Below, in pieces: positions 41,309-54,144 of a stretch of DNA of 64,000 nucleotides. Positions within the stretch are counted from its first letter, which is position 1. Every line of letters starts with the position of its first letter. The position numbers and the translations under genes are program-made. The stretch is from Octopus sinensis (Eukaryota): contig NC_043000.1 of the NCBI RefSeq assembly GCF_006345805.1, positions 58,032,001 through 58,096,000 on the forward strand, given 5' to 3'. The notes beneath the pieces were generated by a model. The model was not told the origin of the DNA, ran no database searches, and saw only the letters and a program-made list of their open reading frames with translations.

Positions 41309-42250
41309 CATCATCATCATCATCATCGTTTAGCGTCCGTTTTCCATGCTAGCATGGGTTGGACGGTTCTACTGGGGTCTGTGAAGCCAGAAGGCTTCAT
41401 CAAGCCCAGTCAAATCTGGCAGTGTTTCTACGGCTGGATTCCCTTCCTAACGCCAACCACTCCGTGAGTGTAGTGGGTGCTTTTTACGTGCCACCTGCAC
41501 TGGTGCCAGACAGAGCTGGCAAACGGCCACGAACGGATGGTGCTTTTTATGTGCCACCGGCACGAGGGCCAGGCGAGGCTGGCAACGGACACGAAACGGG
41601 GTGGTGCTGGCAACGGTCGCGAAACGGAAGGTTCTCTTACATGCCACCGGCACTGGTAACACATCTGCAATTCCATTGATCGATTTTGATTCTGATCCTC
41701 ACTTGCCTCAACGGGTCTTCACAAGTAGAGTTTTGTGTCCCAAGAAGGGAAGGTATGCATACGTAGGCTGGCTCCATCCCATGTAGAAGGCCACGGGTTA
41801 TGGACTCACTTGTCCTGCCGGGTCTTCTCGCGCACAGCACACTTCCAGAGGTCTCGGTCTCTAGTCATTTCCTCAGTGAGACCTAAAGTTCGAAGGTCGT
41901 GCTTCACCACCTCGTCCCAGGTTTTCCTGGGTCTGCCTCTTCCACAGGTTCCCTCAACTGCTAGGGTGTGGCACTTTTTCACACAACTATCTTCATCCAT
42001 TCTTGCCACATGACCATACCAGCGCAAACGTCTCTCTTGCACACCACAACTGATGCTTCTTAGGTCCAGCTTTTCTCTCAAGGTTCTTACACTCTGCCGA
42101 GTGTGAGTACCGACATAACACATCCATCGGAGCATACTGGCTTCATTTCTTGCGAGCTTACGCATATCCTCAGCAGTCACGGCCCATGTTTCACTGCCAT
42201 GTAGCATGGCTGTTCGTACACACACATCATACAGTCTGCCTTTCACTCTG
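41308..42250 (-). mobile_element. Young 5'-truncated RTE LINE: RT C-terminus (41806-42246), 3'UTR, (GAT)n tail
   Basis: Open frame KGRLYDVCVRTAMLHGSETWAVTAEDMRKLARNEASMLRWMC...RRLRWYGHVARMDED...GRGRPRKTWDEVVKHDL is a typical RTE C-terminus. Both ends sit in (TA)n. Confidence 0.95.
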
Positions 42251-43189
42251 GTTAAATATATATATATATATATTTAACCATCTAAGAATCCATAAGTCAG
42301 GAAAAAATGCACTTGTATATCTGTCAGTTGAGTGGGTATATTAATTGAAGTGTACAGCATTATATATCCATTATGGCCAATCTTACCAATCGGTTTTGCA
42401 CTAGGGGTTCAACAGACTGTTAGGTAAGAGTTCAGTTATGTAACCCTGAGCTCTTCAGAGATGGCAGTTATGGAATGAAATACAGTGACTACTTTCTATT
42501 GTTGGAGGTGAACAGACACAATCTGGCTTGTGGTTGCTGTGGAAAAGACAATGAAATGAACCGAGCAAGGGTTAAGTTAAGAATTATGTTCCTTGGTAGC
42601 AAAACACCATCTGGAAAAGAGTGTATGAAAAATGTGTGTATTTTTAAGGTTGGTGTTCTTGTAGAAATGGAATATGTGTGGTACTATATGTGCAGCATTT
42701 TCTCAGTGGGTGAGGCTGCATACACATCTGTGTTCATTAGTGTGTTTTCTTACTTTTATGTTTCAGTTAAAACCTTAAGATTAAATTCTTGGGGCATTTA
42801 CGTATGCGTGGAGTGTGTGTAGGGGTACAATATGTGTGTGGGCTTATATTGGAGGGGAGAGTGGAAAAGGGTCTACGTCTGCCTTGTTAGATGGATGTCT
42901 GCCATGTTAGGATGTGTGTGCTTGTGAGTACATTTGTGTATATTCTGGTCAAACTCTTTGCTGGATTCACAGATATTGGTGGTGGAATGGCTGAAGCTGG
43001 TGGACTGGTGATTATAGTCATGATGAGGCACACAGGTATGATAAACTGTACTTCCTTTCATGTGGATAAATGCACTCACAAACACTCATGCCCTAACATG
43101 GTGGATATCAACCCAATAGACCCTTTTCCCTCTCTTCCATCTGTCTGTATGTGTTACTGTCTACTTGTCTTGACTATAACAGTTGTGTC

Positions 43190-43328
43190 ACTGTCATAAA
43201 AAAAAAATGGTTAGTTTTGGCATCAAGAAGGGCATTTGGCTGTAAAAAATCCACCTCTGCAAATTCTGTCTGACAAATGCAAGCATGGAAAATGAACAAG
43301 AAAATGATGATGATGATGATGATGATAT

Positions 43329-43367
<39 letters not shown>

Positions 43368-43590
43368 TATATATAAATGTGGTAAGGTGAGCAGAAACAT
43401 TACCATGCTGAACACTTAGTGGTATTTCTTCTGACTTTATGTTCTGAGAGTTCAAGTTCTGCAGTGGTTGACTTTGCCTCTCACCCTTTAGAGGTTGACA
43501 AAATAAGTACCAGTTGAGTACCAAGGTCAATGTAATCAACCTCCCCAGCCCTAAAATTTGCTGGCCTTGTACCAAAATAAGAAAGTATAT
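43190..43590. mobile_element. RTE tail fragment, (TA)n, and SINE B copy
   Basis: ggttagttttggcatcaagaagggc...gatgatgat, then ggtgagcagaaac...gagttcaagttctgc...ggccttgtacc. Confidence 0.7.
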
Positions 43591-44699
43591 ATGTGTGTGC
43601 GTGTGTTTCTGTGTGTAGTATGTGTGTTGATCTTTGTGTTTGTGTATGTCCCCTAACACTGCTCAGCAGCCAGTGACTGTTTCTTTACATCCATGTAACT
43701 TAGAGATTTTCAGCAATGCACTAGATCAGTGTTTCTCAGATGGTAGGGGTTGGGCTGTGAGGATTGAAAAGGTTCTAATATATTGATTGTCTTTTATCTT
43801 TTACATTGGACTGCAGCCATGCTATGGCACTGTCTTGAAGGGTTTAGTCAAGTAAATCAACATCATTACTCATTATTCAAAGTCTGGTAAGCCCTTCAGT
43901 CATTCAAAAGCATGGACACCATTGTATTACTTAAACAAGTAAAAGATAAAAAATAAAAGATAAAGATACCTCTATTCCATTATTGTAAACAATAACACTG
44001 CATAACACAATTTTTGTCCTTGGGTAGCAACTATTATTTCTTATTTGCTTACCTCTTCAAAGTATGAAAAATGGCTAACATTTCCTACAAACTTTGCTTT
44101 TCTTACATTTATTCAAACCCCAAAGAATCCCTCTCAACACATGGCTATGATTGCTCCCCCACTACTCCTGCTCATGCTTAGTCACTAAGGGACATGCTCA
44201 ACTGGTTAAGGTCAAGCAATTGACAAGCAGGTATGTGGTGTTGAGCAGAATATTTCCTGTAATGTTTCTGTTTCAGCAACTGAGCACCGAATCTGTCTGA
44301 TATGTAATGGAAAATAGGTGTTTCATAACATTAATGTCCTGGTCACAAAAGTAGAGTTTGAAGAGAATAGTAGTTATTTCTGTTGATTTCTAGATAAAGT
44401 AAATAGGAAAGAAGCACTTACAGACCAAAGACAAAAAATAAGAATTTCGTTTCACTGTATAATCACTTTTTCCTGGAAAGTAAATATATTAACCATAGCT
44501 AAAATTCAGAAGCAAATCAAAGACTTTGGATCAAGGTACTTTTTGCCTTCTAGCAGTTACTTGTTTTACTCAATGGGTTGTGGACATTTTGGGGTAGTGC
44601 CTCGAAGGGTTTTAGTTGAACAAACCAATCCCAGTTGTTAGGTTTTTTTAAAGTCTGGTACATATTCTATTCATATATATATATTTATATATATACATA

Positions 44700-45160
44700 C
44701 AGTAATCCCTCAACTATCACGGGTGTTAGTTATGTTCCAAAATATCCCGCGACAGGTGAAAATCCGCAAAGTATTATAGAAACAGTACTATGTATTCTAT
44801 TTCATTATTTTTAGAATTTGTATATATTTATTTTATTATAAATGTAAAACAACACCACACACTCACATCCAAAGTTTCGTCTTCCATACAGTATGTGTGA
44901 TTCTTTGTTTACTCATTTACGATACACTACATATTTTCTTTACTGTATTTGTATTTATTAATTTATGAATTTTTGGGCATGAAAATGTTTATTTTATCAC
45001 AAAAATAATTAAAATCTAAAACAATATAAATACTTATTGGCCACAGAAACCCACGGTGTATTCTGAGGAGGCTGTGATATAAATTTACATATATTAGCCA
45101 GAAAAATCTGTGATGTACTGAGGGTGTGATAAGTGAACTGCGATATGGTGAGTGATTACT
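44700..45160. mobile_element. pogo/Tigger-like MITE
   Basis: TA|cagtaatccctcaactatcacgg ... ctgcgatatggtgagtgattact(a)|TA imperfect TIRs. Confidence 0.75.
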
Positions 45161-45417
45161 ATATATATATTTTTAGACAAACTACTAAGTTACAAGTATA
45201 TAAACAAGCCAACATCAGTTGTCAAGAGGTGGGTCGAAATACATACCACACACACACACACACACATACAAAATAGGCTCCAACACACAGGGCTGGCCTT
45301 AAGCCAATTGGACTGATTGCTCCCAGTTGGGCCTTGCCCCCAAGGGAGGGGCCTGTGCCCAAGGGGGCCCCATGCTCAAGGAGGCCACATCCTATACTGT
45401 GACATGTGGTTAAAGAG

Positions 45418-45647
45418 GGCGGCGAGCTGGCAGAAACGTTAGCGCGCTGGGCGAAATGCTTAGCGGTATTTCGTCTGTCGTTACGTTCTGAGTTCAAATT
45501 CCGCTGAGGTCGACTTTGCCTTTCATCCTTTCGGGGTCGATAAATAAAGTACCAGTTTCGCACTGGGGTCGATGTAATCGACTTAATCCCTTTGTCTGTC
45601 CTTGGTTGTCCCCTCTATGTTTAGCCCCTTGTGGGTAGCAAAGAAAT
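45418..45647 (+). mobile_element. SINE family B, young copy
   Basis: CpG-rich near-consensus copy. tatactgtgacat is repeated upstream (12 bp before the head) and just downstream. Confidence 0.9.
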
Positions 45648-46048
45648 ATATACTGTGACATTTCAGGAAGATGGTCTCCTTCAAGTTTAAAATAATCTAC
45701 ATAAAAATGCTCCTTAAAAAACAAACATACTTTCTACACTTTAGTGATACAAGATGCCAAATGTTAAAACCATTCATGCAAAATTGCTTGAGTCAGCCTT
45801 GCTTGCATTCTTAGTGTAAGGGTCAATTGTATGTATACATGTGTGTATGTGAATGTTAGGGAGTGTTTATGGGCATGTCTAGGTAAAATATTTGTGTGTG
45901 TGTGAGAGTATGTATGTGGTCGTTTAAGTGTATGGTGAATTGTATGTATATATATGTGTGTCTATGTTTGTGTGAGTGAGTTACTATAAATATACTTTGT
46001 ACATGTTTAATTTTCAGGAAACTTTTTCAATAAAGTGTATTTTATATA

Positions 46049-46084
<36 letters not shown>

Positions 46085-46199
46085 TGTATGTATGTATATA
46101 CATGTATTAAAGAAAGCAAAAAATAAAACAAAACTGATAAAAGCAAAAGGCTAAATGTGTGTGTGTAAAAGAATTCAGTGCTCAGTATTTTGGCTATAG

Positions 46200-46400
46200 G
46201 ATTTTCTGCTGGCTGTAAGAGGCCTCTCGGCAGGCCTCATGACTAATGCCTGGATGTGACTGGGGAAGATCTCCAGAGGCTCAGCATCCCTTTGGTGGAT
46301 GCAGACGGGTTGGCATGGGACCACCAGCAATGGAGAGCACTGGTGGACCATGTCAGCTCCATGCATGCCGATGTGTCTGGGTCCACTAACCTGGAGTGAC
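46200..46400 (+). mobile_element. RTE-type 3' ORF remnant
   Basis: GCKRPLGRP...EDLQRL...AWDHQQWRALVDHV matches the GxRPxGRP...DL...AxDRxxWRxLV motif. Confidence 0.6.
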
Positions 46401-47589
46401 CCCAGCCCCATCAAGCAAGAGCATAAAGCAAGCAAGCAAACAAGCACATGTATGTTCATGTAGATATGAATGTGTGAGTGTATGTATGCAAAACTATATC
46501 ATGAAATTCATACAGCAAAGGTGGTAAGCTGGTAGAATCATTAGCATACTGGGCAAAATGCTTAGTGGCATTTCATCTATCTTTATATTCTGAGTTCAAA
46601 TTCTGCCAAGGTCAGCTTTGCCTTTCATCCTTTTGGGGTTGATAATTTAAGTACCAGTGAAATACACTGGGGTTGATGTAAATGACTAGTCCCCTCCCAC
46701 AAAATTTCTGGCATTGTGGCTTTAATAGAAAGGATTAAATTCATACAGCAATCCATATCTTTCTGTAGTTGATAAAATAAGTACCAATGAGGTACTTGAT
46801 TAAAGTAATTGATATGTAATCAATTGTTCCCACTTTCTGAAAAAATAAAAATGAAGTTCGTCTTGTGCCAATCTTTATATTATAAGTTATTATTACATTA
46901 AAATCTTCTATATCTGTTTTTTTAACACCACTTAAATCTTCATATGTATGCTCAATTGTTGGACATATTTCATATCAAACACTCATGTAGAGCCATAGTG
47001 AAATAATTTCATATACATTTATATACGTGACACAGATGTACTTGCATGGCAAGAGTATTGATTTGCGACCATCTGTTCAAACTAAAATGATTGCAGTGTA
47101 GAAGACACGTTAGTCATCATCATCATCATCCTCATCCTCACCCACCTCCTCCTCATCATCATCTTCATTTTTCCATGCTGGCATGAGTTGGATGGTTTGA
47201 CAAGAGTTGGCAAGCCAGAAGACTGCACCAGGCTTCACTGTCTGTTTTGACATGGTTTTTACAGTTGGAGACCTTTCCTAATGCCAACTACTTTACAGAG
47301 TGACTTGGGTAGATTTTAATTGGCACCAGCATTGGTGAGGACTTGTATATTTAAGTGAAAAATGCTGCTTATCTATAATTCTCTGGATCCAGTTTATCTT
47401 TGAAGCATGTCACTGTGCTGCTAGAATCAACTACTAGGTTTTTTTTTCTTCATTACTCCATTCTTTAACCAAAGCCAGCTATCCATGTCATCCTTTATTT
47501 CCTTTGTGTCTTTGAAAAAACACTAAATGGAGCTTCCATCCTCGAAGTTTGACTTTCTTTTCTCTACATTCTTATGTCTTCCATTTGGG

Positions 47590-47880
47590 TGCCACCAACT
47601 CAGTAAGTAATTTTTCTCTTGTCACTTCCTTCAGAATTTCTTCTTTCTCTTCCAGATAGAATACAATACTTGTTTTCTCTAATTTTACAACTTCTTCAAT
47701 ACTCTTCAACACCCTTGTTACTCCTTCTCTTCTCTTCCAGTATAAATATTCTATGGGGCTGCATGTATCTGTGCATAGTCAACTGCTTCCTTGTCTTCCT
47801 GTCAATATCCTTCCATTTAACCTTTCTCCTCTTAATGATTTCTGCTCGTAACTCATCAGTGAGATTGCCCTCAGGCTGAT
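47590..47880 (-). mobile_element. R4/Dong-clade RT remnant
   Basis: WKDIDRKTRKQLTMHR...LYWKRREG..VLKSIEEVV resembles DRKTRKxLTMH...RLYxxRxxGGRGLxSIE. Confidence 0.65.
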
Positions 47881-49795
47881 AGCTTCAAGTAAGGTCAGTG
47901 GGCAGAAGGGAAATGAAACAATTTTAAACAAAATGCCTTGTGGTATTTAATTCTATTGCTTTACATTCCAATCTACAATGGCTGACTTTGTTTTTCACTC
48001 CTTCAATAACATGGATCAGTTAAATGAGTACCAGTCATATACTGAGGTTGGTTAAATTGACTCTACAGCTCTTCTACAATTCTGTGTAAGTAATCGTTAT
48101 TATAACAGCTGTTCTGTGCTTTTTCTAATTTAATTACACTTGTTTGTTTTATCCATGGTATCATGTTTTGTACTCAAGAGCAAACAGGACTCTGTATTTA
48201 AACACCTGTATTAGTTTTCTCTCTGTAAATATGTTTGATATGAATTTGCAAATAGAGTTTCAGTTCACAAATTGATTCATAGATGCATATCACTCTATGT
48301 ATAAGAAGGTAAGAGATCTTCCTGTGAATGTACAGCTTGCTGCACAGATCTTTGAATGTTACTTGACTGAATCTGCAGAAGTGAAACGACTACCTGTTCA
48401 AAGATCTTGAGTTCAAATCAACTGCAAGTATTTTGTTGTATGTTTGAACGGTACATTAAAATTTTCCCTTCCTTTAGTCTATTGGGCATTGGAAAATTGA
48501 TACCAAGTTACTTGAAAATACTACTTCAGTTAGAGTGGCATTCTGCTAAATGCCATGAGAAAAAGTCCTTAAGACAGTCTTGAGGTTGACCCTCTATTTA
48601 GATTTTTACATTTATTTGATTCAGTTTTTTCAGTTAAAAATTAAGTGAAACTATGTGGAAAATCAATGAGAATCAACTGATTACCATTCCAAGAACATTT
48701 TATATTCACTCCACACACACACACACACACACATGACAATGAGATAGGTCTATCACAAGTACCATTCCATGGTGAATTGACATACAATAAATTAAGTTTA
48801 CTCCCAAAACACTTGCAATGGGCTTGAACTCACAATCAATGAGCTCATAATCCAATGCTTTATGCATTTGGCTAGTTTGTTTTCTTGTTACACTAAAAGT
48901 ATATCCATAAATGTGTCATTTTACTGGAGAGAACTTTATAACTCACATCAGCCTAGCATTAAAAGAAAGAAGGACTAAATCATAAGAGAATAAAAGTATG
49001 GATGGAATTGATTCAATATTTTTCTCTTACAAGATGGTGTTAAGGTAGTACTTGGCAAACATTCTGCTTAATTAAATGGGTCTGAAACGACTCCTCAACG
49101 TGGTCCTTAAGAAAGATATCGTATGATTGAATTTATAAAACAACAACAACAAAAAAATGTATCATCTCATTGGGAGTTTATGTAATTATCAGAAATCTAA
49201 CTACCAAGGAGACAACAATATTTGTATTGCAGTGTATGTATGATTAATGTTTCTATAGTAACAAGACAAAGAAGACTATTTCTTGATTGAAATCACATTT
49301 GTCACATCAGTGATTTGCTGTCAGGAATCATGGACTCATTTCACAGATGATATTTTGATTTTAGCAATGGGATCCAATTGAAAGAGAATTGCCAATTTCT
49401 TTTACAACACTGAATTTCTAAATGAATGATATCACAGCATTGTAAGAAAATTTAATGGCACATTTGTCAAAGATAAAAAGTAAATACTTGTCAGTGATTT
49501 TCTTGTATAAAATAAAGCAGATAATTGTTAAACTACTTTGAATTTATCTGTGAGGAAAATCAATTATTTTCAAAAGACTTAAAAAATATAAATAAAAATA
49601 ATTTTAATGTTTTCAAGGAAATTAAAAATATATTCGTTCAATATATAAACCTGCTAATATTCCTTTACACAATTAAAAATTGTAGCTATTACTTGGTATT
49701 AGGGATATCTATCACCTGAGCTGTCAATAAATGAAATACAATATTAGTTAGTGAGGACCCTGAAATAAGTTAGTTAACTAGCAGGATCAGTAAAG

Positions 49796-49984
49796 CAGTG
49801 TTTCCCAACCATTCTTTACCTATGAAACCCTTTAATTCTTGTTTTCCTTGGATGGAGCCCCATAGCTATTCGATGTTTTAAAAAACCCCATTATATTTCT
49901 ATAATTAAATATAACCAATTTTCTTCACAAAAAAATCTTATATGGACCCCAAAGGGACATGTGGACCACAGTTGAGAACCACTG
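49796..49984. mobile_element. hAT (Charlie-like) MITE
   Basis: cagtgtttcccaac ... gttgagaaccactg TIRs. Confidence 0.75.
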
Positions 49985-50534
49985 CATAAGAGAAATGGAC
50001 AAATATCTTGTAGTAATCACTTTGGCCCTTTGTGTTCTTAGTTCAAATACTAACATGGTCAGTTTTGCTCTTCATCTTAAAGAAGTGGGTGTATGTCAAC
50101 AAATAAAGTACAAGCCAAGTACTAGAGTTGATCTTTCTTTTTCTCTCATTTTCTTATAGAGTGCAATACTCTACTGTAAGAACTCAACGTTCCTTTCCTC
50201 TAAGAAATAAGCACAGGTAGAGCGAAGTACTGTCCAAACAAACTAGAGAACATGGTGGATTATGATGGACCAATATGTTAAGCAGCATGAGATGGTTAAA
50301 AACACAAAAACAAACACTAAATTTTCAGTTTTAACAATCTTTTCTAGTCTACTCACTTTCCAGTGAATGGTCAAGATTGATGTTATTTTCAAACTGTCAT
50401 AATATAACATACTTTAAGTTGATTAATGTATTGTCTCCCTCTAACTATACATACATACAATAATTAAAAAATAGAAGAGATATACATATATACAATACAT
50501 ACATACACACATACGTACACACACACATACATAC

Positions 50535-51039
50535 ATATCATCATCATCATTTAACATCTGTTGTCCATGCTGGCATGAGTTGGACTGTTTGACCAGGGCT
50601 GGCAAGCTGGAAGGCTGCACCAGACCCCAGTCTGATTTGGCATGGTTTCTACAGCTGGATGCCCTTCCTAATGCCAACCACCATGAGAGTGTAATGGATG
50701 CTTTTAACGGGTGCCATTTGTAAAGCACCAGTATCTGCTACAACTGCGATTTTACCTGGCTTGGTGGATCTTCTTCTCAAGCATGGCACAATGTCAAAGG
50801 TTTTGGTTATTCATCATTGCCTACACATACTTTTATTCTTTTACTTGTTGCAGCAATTTGACTGCAGCCATGCTGGAGCACAACCATAAAGGGTTGGAGT
50901 CGAAGAAATCAACCCCAGGACTTATTCTTTGTAAGCATAGTACTTATTCAATCAGTCTCTTTTGCCAAACAATTATGTTACAGGGACATAAACACACCAG
51001 TATCAGTTGTCAAGTGATGGTGATGGGAGGGGGGGGGAA

Positions 51040-51077
<38 letters not shown>

Positions 51078-51930
51078 AATATTTACACACACACCACATA
51101 TATAGGTACTTTTTTATTAACTCATCCCCATCCCCCATCTTGTAGGATGTCTATAACTGACTGGATCCACCCATTTGGTAGAGTTATAAGAATGTCAGTC
51201 TAGATAATTGTATTTGCTCTGATTCTTTACTGTCTGAGTTCAAATTCTGCCAGGGTATACAAAAAAAAAAGGTAAAAGTAAAGAGGAGTGGCTGTGTGGT
51301 AACTAGCTTACTTATCAACCAGATGGTTCTGGATTCATTCCCACTGTGTGGCACCACAGGCAAGCATCTTCTGCTATAGCCTCAGGCTGACCAAAGCCTT
51401 TTGAATGGATTTGGTAGATGGAAACTGAAAGAAGCCCATCGTATATATGTATATATGTATACCTGTGTATATGTTTGTGTGTCTGTGTTTGTCCCCCCAT
51501 CATCACTTGACAACCAATGCTGGTGTGTTTACGTCCCTGTAACTTAGCAAAAGAGACAGACAGAATAAGTACTAGGCTTACAAAGAATACATCCTGGGGT
51601 TGATTTGCTTGACTAAAGGCAGTGCTCCAGCATAGCCACAGTCAAATGACTGAAACGAGTAAAAGAGTAAAAGAGTTACCTTCATGAGTCATGCCAACTC
51701 ACAAGGGCCAGTTTCCCAGTTTCCTGGTTTCATAACATATATATTCTGCACCTGGATAGGATGCCAGGCCATCACAAGATTACTCACTTTTACCAGCTGA
51801 GTGGACTGACTGGAGCAACATGAAATTAAGTGTTTAGCTCAAGAACACGTGTTACTTGGTCCAGGAATTGAAACTACAATTTTATGATCATGAGTCCAAT
51901 ACCCTAACCACTATGCCACGTGCCTCCACC
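50535..51930. mobile_element. Cluster: RTE tail (-), SINE A 3' half (-, 50825-51050), full SINE A (+, 51283-51675), SINE C (-, to 51930)
   Basis: Each is homologous to family copies elsewhere in the window. Confidence 0.82.
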
Positions 51931-52129
51931 CAGGGTATACAAGGTAGAATCAAACCTTCCTAGTTTAAAACCACAACTTGGTACCCTGGGGTCTTTTCAT
52001 GATGTTCACTTTGTTTTTAGCATTCTGACCAGGTCTTCAGTTTGAGGATGCCTTACTCCCTCTGACCACTCAGTTAGATGTCCTTTATTGCATAATAAGC
52101 ACTACTTTCTCTCCCTATAGAAGGGTAAA

Positions 52130-52480
52130 AAAATTCTTTCAGCAAGTATAAGACACAACACTAGACTTGTTTCAGTTTTATTATGAATTCATCAGCAAAG
52201 TGTAGATTTCACCACTTTTGTTAAAGCAATGAAATCACTATTAAAAAGTAAATTTAAAAGTCCAGCAAATGACCACACCGTATCTCTTTTATTGGCATAA
52301 AGGCTCTCTTTTTGGCCTATCTACTATCATTTCTTTTTATAAATGAACGTCCACTAAAGGCTGTTACATTTGTAAAATATAATCTGCAACAACAGTAACA
52401 CAAAGAGCAACAACAAAGAAGCAATTTCTGTCAACGATACAGACTTGTAAGCACTTGATTATTGCAAAATAAGTAATTAG
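52130..52480 (-). mobile_element. Penelope-like remnant with hammerhead core at 52155-52205
   Basis: Minus CTGATGA-attcataataaaact-GAAAC-aa-GTC-tagtgt. Confidence 0.55.
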
Positions 52481-52946
52481 TGATCAGGACACTCTGATTA
52501 ATTCTTTTTCATGGAATCACTTTGCTGTTATTGATAGAAACCATTCTACACAGAGTTGGAGACAGACACAGAGAGACAAGGATACAAAGAGCGCAAGAGA
52601 AACAGAATCAGTAAGAAAGACTGAAAGAGAGAGAAAGAGAAAAATGGGGAAAAGAGAGAGTGAAAGAGGGAGCAGAGAGAGGTAAAGAGGGGAAGAGAAA
52701 GAGAAAGAGGGGGGAGACAGACAGTGAAATATATATTTCCATTTTATAGAATCACATTCTTTCACAAATATATTATCATCCATGAGAAAGACGAACGACC
52801 AGATTTTTCTGTTATTGATTCTTTGCTCGAGATTAACCAAAATGCTCTCAGAAATAAATGTGTATAGAGTAAAATGATGGAAATACTATTGAAATATTGT
52901 TGTATATGCCATATATTTGCCATTTTAAACTTTGAAATTACATTTG

Positions 52947-52988
<42 letters not shown>

Positions 52989-53180
52989 CACACACACATA
53001 AATATATATATTAAGTATGCATTAGAAAGCTTCTTTTTTTTTATTATTTTGTTTAAAAAATTTTTGTAGGAAGAGGATGAAGATTTTTCTCTCATTCAAT
53101 ATTTTATGTCTGTGTGTATTTATGTGTATTTGAGTGTGTGTGCATGTGTGTGTGTGTTTGCATGTGCGTGTGTGTGTTTG

Positions 53181-53214
<34 letters not shown>

Positions 53215-53394
53215 TGTGTGTGATAAAGAGAAAAAGGGACAGGGAGGGGGAGGTAGGGAGGGGGAGAGAGAGAGATATAGTTTGTAATTATGTTTGTAAT
53301 GAAATATCTTGCAATTTAAATGGAAGGGAACAAAAAAATATATAAAACAGACAGGCATAGCTTGTACATGAGTGTTGGTGTGGCTGCATTGGTA

Positions 53395-54062
53395 CAGACA
53401 TAGCAGTGTGGTAAGAAGTTCGTTTCCCAACCATATAGTTCCAGGTTCAGTCCCACTGCATGTTGGGCATGTGTTTTCTACTATTGTTGTAAGCCAACCA
53501 AATACTTGTGAATGAATTTGATAGAAGGAAACTGAAGGTAGCCTGTCATGTAATGTGTGTATGTGTGTGGAGATCTTGGTGCTTGTATTTGTGTTTGTTG
53601 CCCTCTATCAATTGACAACTAGAGTTGGTTTGTTTATGTCCCTCTAACTTAGCAGTTTGACAAAAGAGACTGGTAGAAAAAGCACCAACCTTATAAATTG
53701 TTATATCGCAATACTACACCATAGCTGTGTGAGCTACGAAATCCTCGTCGCCACTGTTATATTGCAATACTACACAGTGGCTGTGTGAGTTACGAAATCC
53801 TCATCACCACTGTTATGTCGCACATTCAGATGCCTCTACTACTCAACTCTACTATACTCACCGCTACTCAACTGTTCTCTTGACGTCTAGACTTCTCCCT
53901 CTATATCTATGTATTGGGCTAGTCTACTTCATCGTCTGGAGGTGTCCACACAACAGAAATAAAAAATAAATATTGGGGTAAATTTGTTCAACTGAAATTC
54001 TTCAAGGCAGCGCACAGCATGACCACAGTCCAAGGACTGAGAAAAGTAAAAGAATAAAAGAA
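53395..54062 (+). mobile_element. SINE family A interrupted by a probable solo LTR
   Basis: Head at 53400. Tail resumes at 53956 after the insert. Confidence 0.75.
53699..53955. mobile_element. Probable solo LTR (257 bp) with an internal 56-bp tandem repeat
   Basis: TGTT...AACA termini, imperfect 5-bp flanks taaat/gaaat, CpG-richer than the host SINE. Confidence 0.55.
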
Positions 54063-54144
54063 CTGATGCAAATTAAAATGTTGCAAAAGAGTACAGACAT
54101 GACTATATTCAAGAAGTTTGCTTTTCAATAAAGTGTCTTTTTTA

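Noticed and set aside
48270-48600. Coding-looking frames (KKVRDLPVNVQLAAQIFECYL; LLGIGKLIPSYLKILLQ)
   Set aside because: Open on both strands, under 45 codons, and no consistent exon chain.
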